64,000 nt of DNA, from assembly GCA_973895155.1 (NCBI GenBank), contig OZ316895.1:22208558-22272557 (forward strand), read 5' to 3'. The notes below the pieces were generated by a model that was given only the letters and a program-made list of their open reading frames with translations, was not told where the DNA came from and made no database searches. The translations under genes and the position numbers were made by a program. Below, one piece after another: positions 34,222-47,245 of this stretch. The DNA is from Marsupella aquatica. Taxonomy: Eukaryota > Plantae > Marchantiophyta. The stretch's first letter is position 1. Every line of letters starts with the position of its first letter.

Positions 34222-37200
34222 CAATTTCCACTGTGTAATTTTCACCTGTGAAAATGACAGGCAATGGACAAAGGCGCAATTGTCCACGCACAACAAATTC
34301 ACCAGGTTTCACCATTCTTAGTATCTTTTTCTTGAAATTGTGGAGCAAAGTCTCATAGTAGAGGAGTGTAATCTCAGGGGTCTCAATCCAAGTGGTGTCT
34401 CATATGACACGCAAAGTTTTGGAGGAATAAACACCTTAAAACTTGAATCAATAAAGTTTTTTGAGGGATAAATTACCCCTATTTAACTTAATGGAATATT
34501 CCCAAATTTGGTTTTAAAAAACCATATGATTCTTATAATTCTCAAATTGGATTAAAACACGCCTAATGTTCTTCAACAAAAATTTAAAAGTCCCACTTGA
34601 CCCAATAAAAAACCCTATACTTATTCGCGCGTGATGGGTTGGAAGAAAAGAAATGAGGACCCTGGGAGAGTAATGTGAAAAAGGGAGATGTCTTGGACAC
34701 TTCTCCTTTTGTATGGCCAGTTGTTGTTTAAGGGGCAGTCTCAAGGGTGACTACACAATTCAGTCACCTTAAATAAGACATTATGTCTAGATTATGATTG
34801 GCTTGATACTCTCCAAGCCCATTCATGAGTAGTCAAATGCAATTCCAAAACCTAGTCATAAAATGGGGCATTAATTTGCTACTACTGTAGTCATTCCAGG
34901 AAATAAGGTTAGGCCTAATATTATTCTCTTATTTTCATTTTTCAATTTCAAACTAATTATGGATACACTGAGAGTCAGTCTTTACATCAAGATGCTATAA
35001 TATTCTTTCAATTGACATGATATACTTATTTGGAAGTTTCACAATTAGCCCAAATATTTTGTAATAATTGTATATTTATTATGTGAACCAGGATGGCACT
35101 ACTATAGTTGTCCACTTCATCAGGGGCATTCCTTTGGCTCTCTCTAATGACATGGGACCCCATCTTATATATATGTTTATGTTTATTTATTTATTAAGAA
35201 GGGCTTGTGTGCCATAATGCTCTAGTAAGCAGACCTTAATACACTTAATGGCCTAAGAATTTTTTTTATTAAATACCACATGGGAACTTCATTCCAAAAT
35301 ACTTGGAAGCATGTGCAACCACATTAGCACTATTGGCCAGGCACAAACAAGATCGATCACTTATGCAAGTAGAACCAAACATGACTATTAGTGTTGAGGC
35401 AAGGCAAAAAGAAAACCAGTAACTATAAAAACAGTGAAAAATTGAAAAATAACAATTCAACTAAACAAAGAAAGGGGTAAAACAAAGTTAAATAAAAGTA
35501 GTTCGTGGACCCCTTGGCTAATAAAATCAGGGGGAAGAGTCGATCTGAGCCGTCTCCATTTCTTATCTCCGGAAATCTCGTCCGTCCATCATAATGGCCA
35601 ATCTATGGCTCAAAAGAAAGATCTCAAATAGATCTATGGATGGGTTCTGTCCGTTTTGCAAATGGGTTAATATTTTGCAAATGAAAAATTAAACAAATCC
35701 AAGCCTTCCTAGCCGTCGATTTTGTTGATTTTACGATCTTTGCCGTCCATTTTGTAATGTCTCTAGAAATCTTATTCATCCATGTTAGAAGGCGATCTAG
35801 GGTGCAAAAGAAAGATCTCAATGAGATCTACGATTGGGTATTTTTTTGTTTTGAGAATGAGTAAAAAGTTTTGAGTATAAAATTCGATGAACTTTCAAGA
35901 TTCCAGCCATTCCTCCTCCCCGATCCTGGGTTTCTATGTGCTCTTCCCAGCATTAATGGCCGTACAATACGAAAGGTCCTTACATACCGGGAGTTGAGGT
36001 TTAACAAGGAAGTTATCAAGTTAGTTATTAGTCATTATTTATTATATGAAAAATATTTTTTATAAATCTTTGAATTTAAGTTTGAAAATTGGAAATGTAA
36101 CTAAAACGGTTACATAGTGACAGTTTTAACCGTCTTGCTCTTTGCATTTTCAATGTTTTTACTTTTATTTTTACGGCACGGTGTCCCAAAATTTACACCC
36201 AAATTGACACAAACACGAATGAAAACTATAAGTTTGATTCACAAAACCGACGAGTCTTGTTTGTTGCGGTTGTTGTTGACGTGGCACGCTGTGGTGCCAG
36301 GAATTTTGGAAGGGACCTCTAGTGGGGTCCGTAAATAACCTTTGGATGGGTTGTGATTGATATATCAGTGTTTTCCGGTAAATAGTTTGAATTTTCTATT
36401 AAATTGGCAAATTTTTGAAATAACCAAGTAGAAAAAAAACTCTTCAACTCCTATGGTAACACAACAACCGGTTGGCTAGTATGGTCAGAGGTCTACCAAG
36501 GGAATGTAAAAAACCCATTGGTTACTATGACATTTTGCATGGACCTAATGGAAAGTTACATATGCGCTGTATGGACATAGGAGTAGCAAGCTAGGGAATG
36601 TTTGGGCTGTATGGACATAGGAGTTGCAAGCTAAGGAATGTTTGGTTTGTTACTATGAATTATCTCCTCTTTTTGTCCTTGTATCTCCATATGCAAACAT
36701 ATTATTCATGGCTCCAACTTTGTTGAATAACATCAAATAATCTCTATATATTCTAAACTGAACATGAGTCGCTGAAGCTACTGTAGGTTCCAATGTTAAC
36801 TCACACTGAATTCGAGTGAAAATTGTGGTCTACTCACCCTGGATTGACCACTTTACTCGGAAATCTCTATTAAGTTTCAAAGGAGATTTTGATTGGAAAA
36901 TACTTCAGACCCCGTCGTTTGGAAAAAATGGAAAAGATTAGAAAATGGGGTGGGATCATTAGACGGCAGCACTCCATTGGTGTGTCAGGCAAGCCAATCA
37001 ATCGACGCAGTCAGTCAGGCCACTCGACACCCAGTAAACTTTTGGAAACACAGACATGGCAGATTGGCATCGGAAAACTGCACTGCAAGTGAGCAAAGCG
37101 AGCTATTCCTCGATCCTTTCTGGATCCCGCAAACCCACAAACCCACAAACAACAAGCGGGAGATTCAATTGTGGGACGGAACCGAGACGAGCTGAATTCT

Positions 37201-37293
37201 CTGAGCAGAATTGAGCGTCAAGGGTTTTGTGGGTGAGCAGTAGGAGCAGGAAACGTACAATAGCTCCTGGTGGAGCAGCAGGAGGAGGAGGAA

Positions 37294-39822
37294 ATGAATC
37301 TGGCAATTGTATCTTCCCCTGCACTGCTAGAGCTTCAGTCTCTCCGTGTAACAGAGTACGAAAACTTGAAGTCTTGCCAAAGGAGGAGAGCTTCTGTCAC
37401 TCTCAGACCTGTCAGCTGCTTTACTTCTACTTCTTCTCCTTCGTCTGCTTCGAGCCCGCCGCAGGAAGTAGATGCAGCAACAGCAACTGCACCACCGCCT
37501 CTCCGACGCCCACAGAAGCCGTCCAGGGATTTGGCTGATTTCAAACCGCCGCCTCCTGCTCTGCCTGACAAACCGAAGGACTTAGCTACTGACTTGCCAT
37601 TTCAGTATTGGTATAGCTATGCTGACCTGCCTCCTGGCATTCCCAAGAGGATAGCAAAAAATCCTCTGCTCGAAGATGGGGAGAGCCGAGATTTTTTAGA
37701 CAAAGGAGGAAAAATCGGTAATGGCAATGGTAATGGTGGCTTATGGGAAGCAGTCCTGGCTGTCGAGTCAGCAGTTCTGGCTGCCAAGTCTCAATCGAAT
37801 TTGGATACACCGAAGGTACGTCAGCGAAGGGGAGGTAGCAATGGTGGTGCTGGTGGTGGTGGCATTGGGGAAGCAGAGAACGGGTCGAAAGGACGTAGAG
37901 CCGCTGATGGTGCCCTGCAGGAGGTGGACGAGAACACCCCCCTTACCGAGGAAGAAAAGAAAAGAATGATTCTAAGCTGTTATGGTACCAGACGTCAGAT
38001 CAATGTTGGTACCGATCTTCCCACCATCCGCTGTTGCAAGTTGCCCAGAAGCTCATTTGCAATCTTTAGTCTGTTCCTGCTAACTGAAAACGAAAGAGTT
38101 CTGGCCCGAAACCTCTAACCTTGTAATATTGACTGAGGAGTAATCGACATTTTTTCCGTGTTTGATTGATTCTATGAGAAGAATTGCCTATTTAAACGAC
38201 AGTGTGTTGTCCTGGACGTGAAGGATGGGATGGTTGGAACCCAAATTATGTTGCACTGGTGCATACTTATTGGAAAAGATGGAGCGTTTGCAAAATAAAG
38301 TGCAAAGGCGTAGTCACCCTGGACTTGGATTCTTTTTCCAAACTGGTCGAGGTAAGATCCGTTTCTTGTCTTTTCATTTTCGTTTCCGTTTTGGTTGTTT
38401 GGTTTTCTGATCCTGTATTGTTCCCTCCCGACTCATTGTAAAGAATCCATTTCTTTGTCTGCGGTAGTAAAGAATTCTCACTTGGTCATTTATGTGAGAA
38501 TGCTCATACTATGGCGCTACAGAGTTCTTTGGGGGCCACACAAATCTAGAAACCGAGAAATTTGGAAATCATTGATTATGTCTTACAACATGACTAGAGT
38601 GAGGCGGAGAGGGGAAATTGGACATCTGAAAGTTACTGTACCTGCCAAGAAAAGATTGACAGCAGAGGATGAAGCATCGATGTGTGGGACTTTGTTGGTG
38701 AAAACGCAGTGCATTAACAATCTGTGATTTCAAATGACAGGCAGAAACAGGCGGGACAGTCTTTCATCGAGTTGGGGGCTCACTGTATATCTTTCGAGGA
38801 CGGAACTACAACTACTGGAGGGATCCGCACCGGCTACTGGTTAGACATCCCCGAGTTATAACTCGCTTCCCAAAGCGACTTCCTGTTCCCGTCAATCTAA
38901 CAAAAGAGGATATCAAAGCACTGCGGGACAGAGGACAAGACCTTCCTGCATTGTGTAAGCCAGGTCAGGCGCTCTAGGCTATCTAGCTTTGCTGTGTCTT
39001 GAAAATCAGATTTGACTGGTATTGTTGACAATGAAAGAGAAGATGATACCAAGAAACTGCACTTGCCCCTCAGACAAACAAGTGTTGAGGATGAGTCTTG
39101 AGTAATTTAATTCTCAACCAAAATGAATGCTTTGGTGTGCAGGTAAACATGGAGTTTATCTTACTCTGTTGGAGGATGTGAGAAAATCATTTGAGACGCA
39201 GGATCTTGTCCGTGTCAATTGTCAACGTTTTCATTCAAAGAATCTGAAGCTTCTTGGCTCGCAGCTTCAGGTCTCTTGCTCTCCCTCAAATCTCTCTTGG
39301 GGCAATAGGTTTTCTGGTCATTTAAGACAATCGTCTCTTGTTTCAGTCCCATACTTTCCACGTGATTTACTTCCACAAAGCTTTGTGATGCTGCATATGA
39401 AATTCCCCTAGCAAACCTGTTTGTTCTTTGCGGCTGCTGTTTCCACGACTGTTTTGTGTTAGCGTTGCCATAGGCTTCCAACGTATAATCGGCTGAGGTA
39501 TATTGATAAAATTCAGGCAAGGGAAACAACTCAACTAATCGAGTAGAGATGAATGTCTCCTTCAGGCCTAATGATAGTCAAACTCCGAAAAGGGCAGGTT
39601 TACAGGTGTTTTGAAACACAATAGTTGCAAAAAAGTGTAATACTGATGCATGTACATGTCCTTGCACGTCTTTGGTTGCAGGCACTTGTCCCTTGTGAGT
39701 TAATCTCTTTTGAATTTGAGCACATTTTAATGTGGAGAAACACGGATGGTAATTCTCCAAAAGAAGAAGTTAAGGAGAACCGGGCAGAGGAAAGTAGCCT
39801 GATCTCCAACACCCTGTCATGA
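37294..39822 (+). CDS. CRS2-associated factor (CAF)-like protein with two CRM domains, organellar group II intron splicing; exons 37294-38008, 38203-38351, 38741-38963, 39143-39270, 39682-39822 (~451 aa)
   Basis: PFQYWYSY, PLTEEE...RQINV, WKRWSVCKIKCKGV, GGSLYIFRGRNYNY, KHGVYLTLLEDVRKSFETQDLVRVNC and LVPCELISFEFEHILMWR match CAF1/CAF2 motifs. Exon phases are consistent. Ser-rich transit-peptide-like N-terminus. The exon 2 acceptor is uncertain. Confidence 0.88.
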
Positions 39823-41004
39823 TGTCCGAAGTTTTAAGGCGTGCTATGTAAAAAGGGGCCACAGCTGGCAACATCGCGTCAAGAGTTGTGTGCCTGTGAA
39901 ATATCATGTGCAAATACTGAGAATTTCAGTTTTGAGCGCATATTCTTTTAATGATCAAGCTTCACAATAGGAATTGATACCGAGTAACATGTATATAGAG
40001 AACTCCAAGAATTAATAGAGTCCCATTTGACAAGGGATTGTCAAAAGTATTCTAACATCTGAAGAACTACAATGAACGGAAAATATGAACGAGATGCTTT
40101 TGGGACATAAGAACTGCATTCTTCTCTCTGTACTTTTGAACACAGTCACCTTTCTATGCATCATTCTTCTCTTGTACTTTTGAACACAGCCATCTTTCTT
40201 TGCATCATTGCTGATTTGAATTTAGAAGTCTTCGAAGTTAGGACCAAAAATATTGTTATGAGTGGCCCTTTGTGCATCACTCTATCGCTGGTCAGTTTGA
40301 TGACCATGCCAGAGGAAATGTGGAAAAAGAGGGCAGGTTGGACTATTCCCCTTTTCAATGAAATGTGAGTAGCTTAAGGTCAATGTGATGCCCATTCAGA
40401 TATCTTAAAGAGTAATCTTCATCATTCCTCAGAGAAGGGTACATTTTCTTATTTATGGCAATTTAGAGACCTTGGTCAAATCCGAACCAAAAAACACTGT
40501 TCGCACGAAGCACTGTGGACACCCAATTTCCCCTCACCTAGAACCCGACATGTTCTTGTCCTCGACGCAAGTCACCCACGGGTGATTGAGTCCAGTACGA
40601 GAAATTTTTGGGGGCAACAAAGACATGAGGTTTAGGGTGTGCTGGATTGCTTAGGACAAGGAACAGAGTCCAATTTGGCAGGTGACCGAAAAAGATACAG
40701 GAAACGGCAAAGAGCTGCTGAAAGTCACTTAATGAGGCCGCTGGCAGTCCCTTAGGACAAGCATAGCTCAAACAATCTAGCTCAGACAATCGATGCTACT
40801 CTTATAGTATGATGCTTCAGAAAAGGAAAAAAGAATTGGCATTGTGCTCCCACCTGAGACAATTGGGCTCCCTGATCTTTATATAATTTATTTTCCAATC
40901 TCAATCTGGAGGCACGGTATTAGGGTGTTGATCAAAGTCTGCCTTGACATCGATGAGTTCCTTCTTGTGTGCTTACTTACTCCCCTCAATGTGTCGAACC
41001 TGCT

Positions 41005-44000
41005 CTACCTTGTTAGTTCTAACCTCTTCTTTAAATGCATCCGTTGCAATTGGGAGAAGTTGCCAACAAGAAGCATACAAATCAGCTTGGCACTATGTTT
41101 GTGAGCATGGGACCTAGAATCCTCAAATCTCAAAGCTTCCTGGATGGGAGCACCTGGCAGAGCACCTTTCAGTTCAATCACCTTAAGCACCATTCCCATG
41201 GACACCTCCCATCATTCAGTTGAGGTTTCATAACCGACCAGCAGTTCAGAGTCCACAACCTTCGTCAGATCTTGCGTTCAATTCACTGCTTGTCGCTAGT
41301 CCTGAAGCCTGGCTGGTCGTCGAGATGGCCTCCTCCCAGCGGTACGGTGAGGCAGTGAAGGTTCTTTAAGGTTTAGAACTTCCTGTTCTTGTTGCTGACC
41401 TTGCAAATCCTCCGCCATGTCGTGGTCCCTTTCAAGTTCAGTTGCCTCACTGGGTTCCTATATTCAATGTACAAAACATCCTCAGAAAGTATCCCACAAA
41501 AGGAGGTCAGCCTTACAGATACGGAATAAATGGTAAAATTTACTGGAATTGGACAAAAAACTACTTCGGCTCCCACAGTAATCTTTTGCTACCAATGGGA
41601 ACTGTTTCAGCAAAGGCAGGTCACGAATACATTGTGGAACTGCATGAGAAAAACAATAATATATCTGAAGGAATTTAAACATTCTTGAGGGAGCCGAAAG
41701 TATCAGTACAACTCCCCATCTAGTAACAGACACTCTAACCAACTCCTTTCTTAGTAAAATTCTTTCAGCTGCGGTATAGACTTCATGGGCAATTGTCTGA
41801 GGATTGGTCTCTACAAGGTTGGCCATCTATCCAGTAACTCTGCTGGAACATGGAAGTCACAGAGATGCTGGAAACATGGAAGTCACAGACATTCACACGG
41901 TCTTCAGTATGAATGGAGACAACGCAGGTATCTAAAATTTGAACAATTAGTGACAGTGGCTCACCTGTCCACCTGTACCTGAACTATTCCGTGTTTTGGG
42001 ACTCTCTTGAAGCTTTGGTTTTGAATTTAGTGCTTGGTCAGAAGATCCATCGGGTGCAGTGGAATGAGGTTCAAATCCTTCACTCAGTATCTTGTTTTGA
42101 AAATTGTCTTCATCGTCCGTATCCACATTAACACCCTGTACCAACCCAAGGTTACATTACGGCAACTTATAAACAGAAACACTTCTCCACCTACTATGGA
42201 AATCGGAATAAAAATTCAGATATGCGTCGTTACCTCATTCCTCTGGCCGGACCCAAAAAGGACAACAGAAGATCTTTCATTTGCTCTGTCTAAATCCGAC
42301 AACTGCCGACTGAAAAACTCTTCTTCGACCTGCAGAATAGCATATTCACACTGGAGCGAGTCACAGCCGTTCTTCATGTAAAATTCAGGGTTCACGGTTT
42401 GAGTTTCATCTTTAGTGAGGACGAGTCAGCCTTTCCTTGTTTGACTCACGATAAGAATGCCAATTTTCATTCAGGACAAGTCTGGATGGAATTCTCTTGT
42501 CAACGATCGCTCAATAGAGTCACCATCTGCTAAATTGTTTCATGATGGACGATCATGCAAGGGTTTAGGTTTATGCCGGGAGACTCAGTTCAGCGGGAAA
42601 GGACATGTGCCAAACAGACCTGAAGGCAGTGGAGCTGATCAGCAATCTTTGCGTTCATCAACTGAAGGGTGTTGGCCTCTTCTTCTAAGAATCTGCCATG
42701 CGCCAAGTTATCAGACTGAGGCCATCCGATCCATACCAAACGATCCTTCAACCCTAAACTCTAAGTGGAAAACCAAAGGAATCAGTCCGTTTCTCAACAA
42801 ATGGAGCAAAATCTTAGGAGAAGAAGGTGAGGTGGACAAACCTGAGAAGCTCTGCTGGGGTCAGATGCTCCATGTTGCGTACAGACAGCCCAGTAGCTGC
42901 AGCAGAACCACAGCTAAAAGAGAATCATTGCTCTCTCAAGATTCGTTATTTGATGATATGAATCATTTCCTTTGTCAACAGGTTCGCAAGATGAGATACC
43001 TCACATCAAAGCTGCTCAGAATGCTCATTCTGAGAAATTTAATGTGATGAAGAAAGATTTCACAGTGTAGTAGCACGGTCTTATTTAATTCCCCTCCATT
43101 AGAAGCTTTGCTTGTACTTGATAGGTCCTCATCAAGACATAGAGTTGTCAATCCTGCCCAAGAAGAAATAGGCTCTTCCCTAGCTGTGAGTTAAAATTAG
43201 CTTTCCATGAACTCTGCATGGAAACCAGCCCCAGTTTTGAGGAGAGACTAGAGTTACTAGTAGCTTGTGGGGACTCTAGAGTTCCTAACAGGTAAGATAA
43301 CAAGGCGAAACGAAAGAAGGGACCATGCTATTGCATCTCCACAGTAGACGTGATATCATGGTCCCCACATAAGAAGAATAGGCAAACATAGCTAAAACAA
43401 AAGGGAACATGGTAAGCTTGAATTTTTTAGGAAAATTTAAGAGAACGTGGCTCCCCACTTTCCCGAAATTAGGAGAAGAATGAGTTTAGAAACTCCTTAA
43501 ACATGGCGGATCTCCACGTAGAAAACTCACACTACTACATACACACATCCTAGCTTGGGTCTTTCCAAAACATACTGTGTACGTGCTATAGTTAAGCTGA
43601 GCAGCATCCTACCTTCTTTGTGGTACACCAATACGCACATATCCTTCAGTGTCCGAGCTAGCAATAGGTCTGAGACGTCGAGTCGTCCAGTACAGTCCCA
43701 GCCCCTGTAAACCAAAAGTACCACCCTGCCGCTGCATCCCCAACTAAAGCTCTGTATCCGTGTCAAAAAAGCGCACGAAATAGGAGTAGGGCATGTCGTC
43801 CTTGACAGAGAGAAATCAGGCGCAGCACGACCACACTACTACGGAACGCTATTTCTCTCACTCCCTCGCTCCCTCTCCCTCCAAAGCTTTTTGACCAGCA
43901 CGGCCCTACTACCTTTCGAAAACATGGTGCTGCTGCACGCAGAACGAGAAACGATGCTCATCATCAGCAGCAGCAGCAGCAGACGACGTCGATGCAACAG

Positions 44001-44151
44001 GAAGTAGTCTCCTCCCAATGCTCATGCTCCCCCTTCTCCGACGCAGCAAGCTCGACGCGTCGCCCACGGACGCAGACGTTCGTCGTCGAGCAGCAGCACA
44101 ACTAGATGTGGTGGGCAAAATAATTGAGCTCCCCCTCTGAGCATAGAGCAT
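41005..44151 (-). CDS. Putative plastid-targeted protein of unknown function; exons 44151-43913, 42896-42842, 42329-42234, 42135-41965, 41826-41740, 41457-41400, 41153-41005 (~284 aa)
   Basis: Seven GT-AG-bounded segments join in frame (855 nt). N-terminus MLYAQRGSSIILPTTSSCAAARRRTSAS is Ser/Arg/Ala-rich. GA microsatellite and telo-box upstream. The 3' exons are less certain. Confidence 0.6.
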
Positions 44152-44166
44152 AGTTCGAGTTCGACG

Positions 44167-44276
44167 CTCTCCTCTCCTCTCCTCTCCTCTCCTCTCCTCT
44201 CTCCTCTCCTCTCCTCTCCTCTCCTGCCCAAAGCCCGATAGGGCAACAACCACAACAACTCAACAAAATTGAACAA

Positions 44277-44322
<46 letters not shown>

Positions 44323-44342
44323 TTCTAATTTAGGGTTTAGGG
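44167..44342. promoter_or_regulatory. (CTCCT)n and (CT)n microsatellites plus telo-box (tagggtttaggg) upstream of the minus-strand gene
   Basis: Seen directly. GA repeats and AAACCCTA telo-boxes are common plant promoter and 5'UTR elements. Confidence 0.6.
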
Positions 44343-46496
44343 TCTGAGACGTCGAGTCGTCCCGATAATGTTGCGTTTTCTTTAAATCTTGTGGGCACAC
44401 TATATATTATCACATTTTGATGTGTGTGATTACCTGCAGGGCAACATTTGAGCAATCACACTTCATCCTGGTCCTTTGCCAACAACATTGCTTCAAGGTA
44501 CTGGACAAATCAGAGACACAATACAATAAAAATAATAATAGCATTGTAAAGTAAAACATCTTTCTAATACTAATAAAGAAGCTGTTCTTGTAAATACCAA
44601 TGCCTTGTTTCCAGAGCATTGTGTTTTTAGTGACATATTTATAAATATAATTAAAATAATAACAGTGTTGTAAATTCTCCCTCAAGTGGGTATGAGGGTC
44701 AGGTTCAAGAGGGTGCAGGTAATGTTTGTTGATGTTGTTATTTGCAAGAGGTTTCTAATAGCTCAACTACCCCCCAAAAATCTAACCAAAAGCGCCGAAT
44801 AATTCCATCATTCATTGAACTATTCTATTTCTTTCCCAACTACAATGTCCATAATTTTCATATTCCTTGCTATTCTAGCATCACTTCTACACATCATATT
44901 GAGTGCCCAAACGTTTAATATAAGTTGTATCGAGTGAAGCCTTTAATTTTCCCGACATAATGTTCATATTTCTTTGTCAATAGCATCAATCCTACAACTC
45001 TTATAGAGTGAAGGTTTTCTATTTATTCCCCAACAGAGTGCCCACGAATGTCATCTTCCGTTGGTCTGTAGATCATTTCTACAGATCTTATCAATTTAGT
45101 CTTCCTATTTTTGGGATCACTTTTACACATCTTAGAGTGAAACACTTAATTTCTTTCCAAAAGGTGCGCATGACTCGAATTTTGTTGCCAAACGACACAA
45201 AAAGTACCCTATTTGTGTTGGGTGTCACCCAACATCGCGATTTGAGAAATAGGAGCTAACTTCGACTACGGTAGCAAGACAGAGGAGACTTCGAGGGTAA
45301 GGCTCTGTGCTCCTCGTGTGTTTGCTGTTCACAATGCTGGTCGGAGCTTGCTACCTCACTGTCCGGTGCCCTCTTTGTGTGCTCGCTATCTGGGAGCATT
45401 TTATACTTTGGAGGGCTTTCGAGGACTGAGGGGGTGACATTCCTCGACTCTGCACTTCGTGTCTTTGTGTAGCGTGTTTGTTTTTATTGGTGGCTCTATG
45501 TATTTGATTGTAAAGGCACTGTGTTTGTTTTGCGTAGCATTGTGTGTGTTGGAGATGGCGTCTCTATGTATACAAAGTCGGAGCTACCTGGGTCAGGGTT
45601 GACACTTCCACTGTGAAAAGCATTTCTGCTCTGTGATTGCATTTTTTCTCCAGTGTTTGCTATTTTGACGTTGAGAGATTGGATTGGAGACCAGCACAAT
45701 GATTAAATTGAGAGATTGGATTGGAGAGAGCACATTGATTAAATTGAGACGTGCTCATCTTCTGTGTTCAGTAGAACTCGTCTTGGAAACATTTTGCGAC
45801 TCTGTATACGGATTGCATTACTGTTTTCATGTGTGAATTTTGAGAGATGGATTGCAATTGTCGTGTTTTCTCCTGCTCGTTTTGTGATTAGAAGCTTGTT
45901 TGATAGTTTTGTGTTTGTTTTCTGCTCGTTTTGTGAACAGAATCTTGGTTGATATGTCATAGCGGCCTTGACATGGGAAAACTGAAACGGCCATGAGATC
46001 GGAGAACTACTGGCAGTTGGGTGAGGACCAAGGAGCAGCCTTTGGCAGTGGTGCGATTCGAGTTCAGTGGTAGCTGAAGCAAAGGTTTCATTCAGAAGGG
46101 TCCATTCCTGTGTCAATGGTGAAAATTCGTCACGTTGGTGGAGGGTTTAGACTACATCTGGCAGGCCATTCTGTCAGATGTTCTGGAAGTGAGACGGTAG
46201 ACAGGATGGTGCTATTTAGAGAGATAGTTTAGATGCTGTCTTCTTCTCTTTGTACACGGGAGTATAGTTCACTTCAGAGCTTGATGTCAAGGTGCTTGAG
46301 CTGTTGTTGACCGGGTTCCGACTTCAGACATATTTGATTTCCTTTCTTTTGACAATCGAATCTCACCTTAAGTGTACAGGACGCGGGGAGCCAAAGCTAT
46401 AAGGATAAAGCAAGAGTTCTCTAAGGATCTACGGTAAACAGTTTTGTCAAAATCATTGCCTTTCGAACCTTAGACGACCAGAACACATTGCGATCG

Positions 46497-46933
46497 TTAC
46501 CTTCGCACTCTCAGGTGACTCCCTGTTGGATGCCTGCACAGGCCATTTGTCGATACGGTTGCTTCTGCTTGGGCTTTGCGCTGACTGATCGCCAACTTCT
46601 TGAGCGATAATTCAAGAGCGTCCGCGTCACGGCCTAATTCTTTGTGTCGCTTAAACGCCTGTAAGGCTTCTGCATTCTTACCCTCTCGCTTCAAAGTGGA
46701 GTATATCTTCTTCTGTTCAGAGGCTTGCTCTCTTAATTTTTCAGGAGAAGTATTTTCTTCTTTTCTTTCAATTATTTTGTCCTTCGAGGGTGACACTTCC
46801 GCACTTCCATGATGACCGTCGTCTTCACCGCCCACCAATTCACTCCCACTGGAGATCAGGGAGTGCATGTCATCACCCAATACTTCCTTTACCAATGCGT
46901 CATCCTCTGCTAGGATGCTCGCCTTTGACGCAC
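46497..46933 (-). pseudogene. Isolated internal fragment of a FYVE4-like (At1g61690-type) gene
   Basis: SPEKLREQASEQKKIYSTLKREGKNAEALQAFKRHKELGRDADALELSLKK closely resembles the region after the FYVE finger of this family (recalled). Begins at the acceptor tttacag. No FYVE exon upstream, and the frame closes at 46497. Confidence 0.7.
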
Positions 46934-47245
46934 CTGTAAAATTGAGAAGTACCAAAGACGTTGGCATCGCTGTTTTGCATCTCTCGTTTTCTATAACTAC
47001 AATTCTTGGGCAAACTAAACCCTAGGGTTTAATGGCCCAATCTGTCTCTGCGAACCGGATCAGTTACCCTAAATCAGAACTTTTACTTTGCAAAGAGCGG
47101 ATGCAAACCCTACATGAGTTTTCAGGATTTTGACTTCCCTACATGAGTTTTCAGGATTTTGACTTTGGTTATGAAGAGGAACGGTGTCCGTAATTGTTAA
47201 CAAGGGCGTCAAGTAATCGGCTCTGATCGTTTTTCGCAGCTGACT

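Noticed and set aside
35498-36340. Possible element with ggacccc/ggggtcc inverted ends
   Set aside because: The match is too short and no TSD was found.
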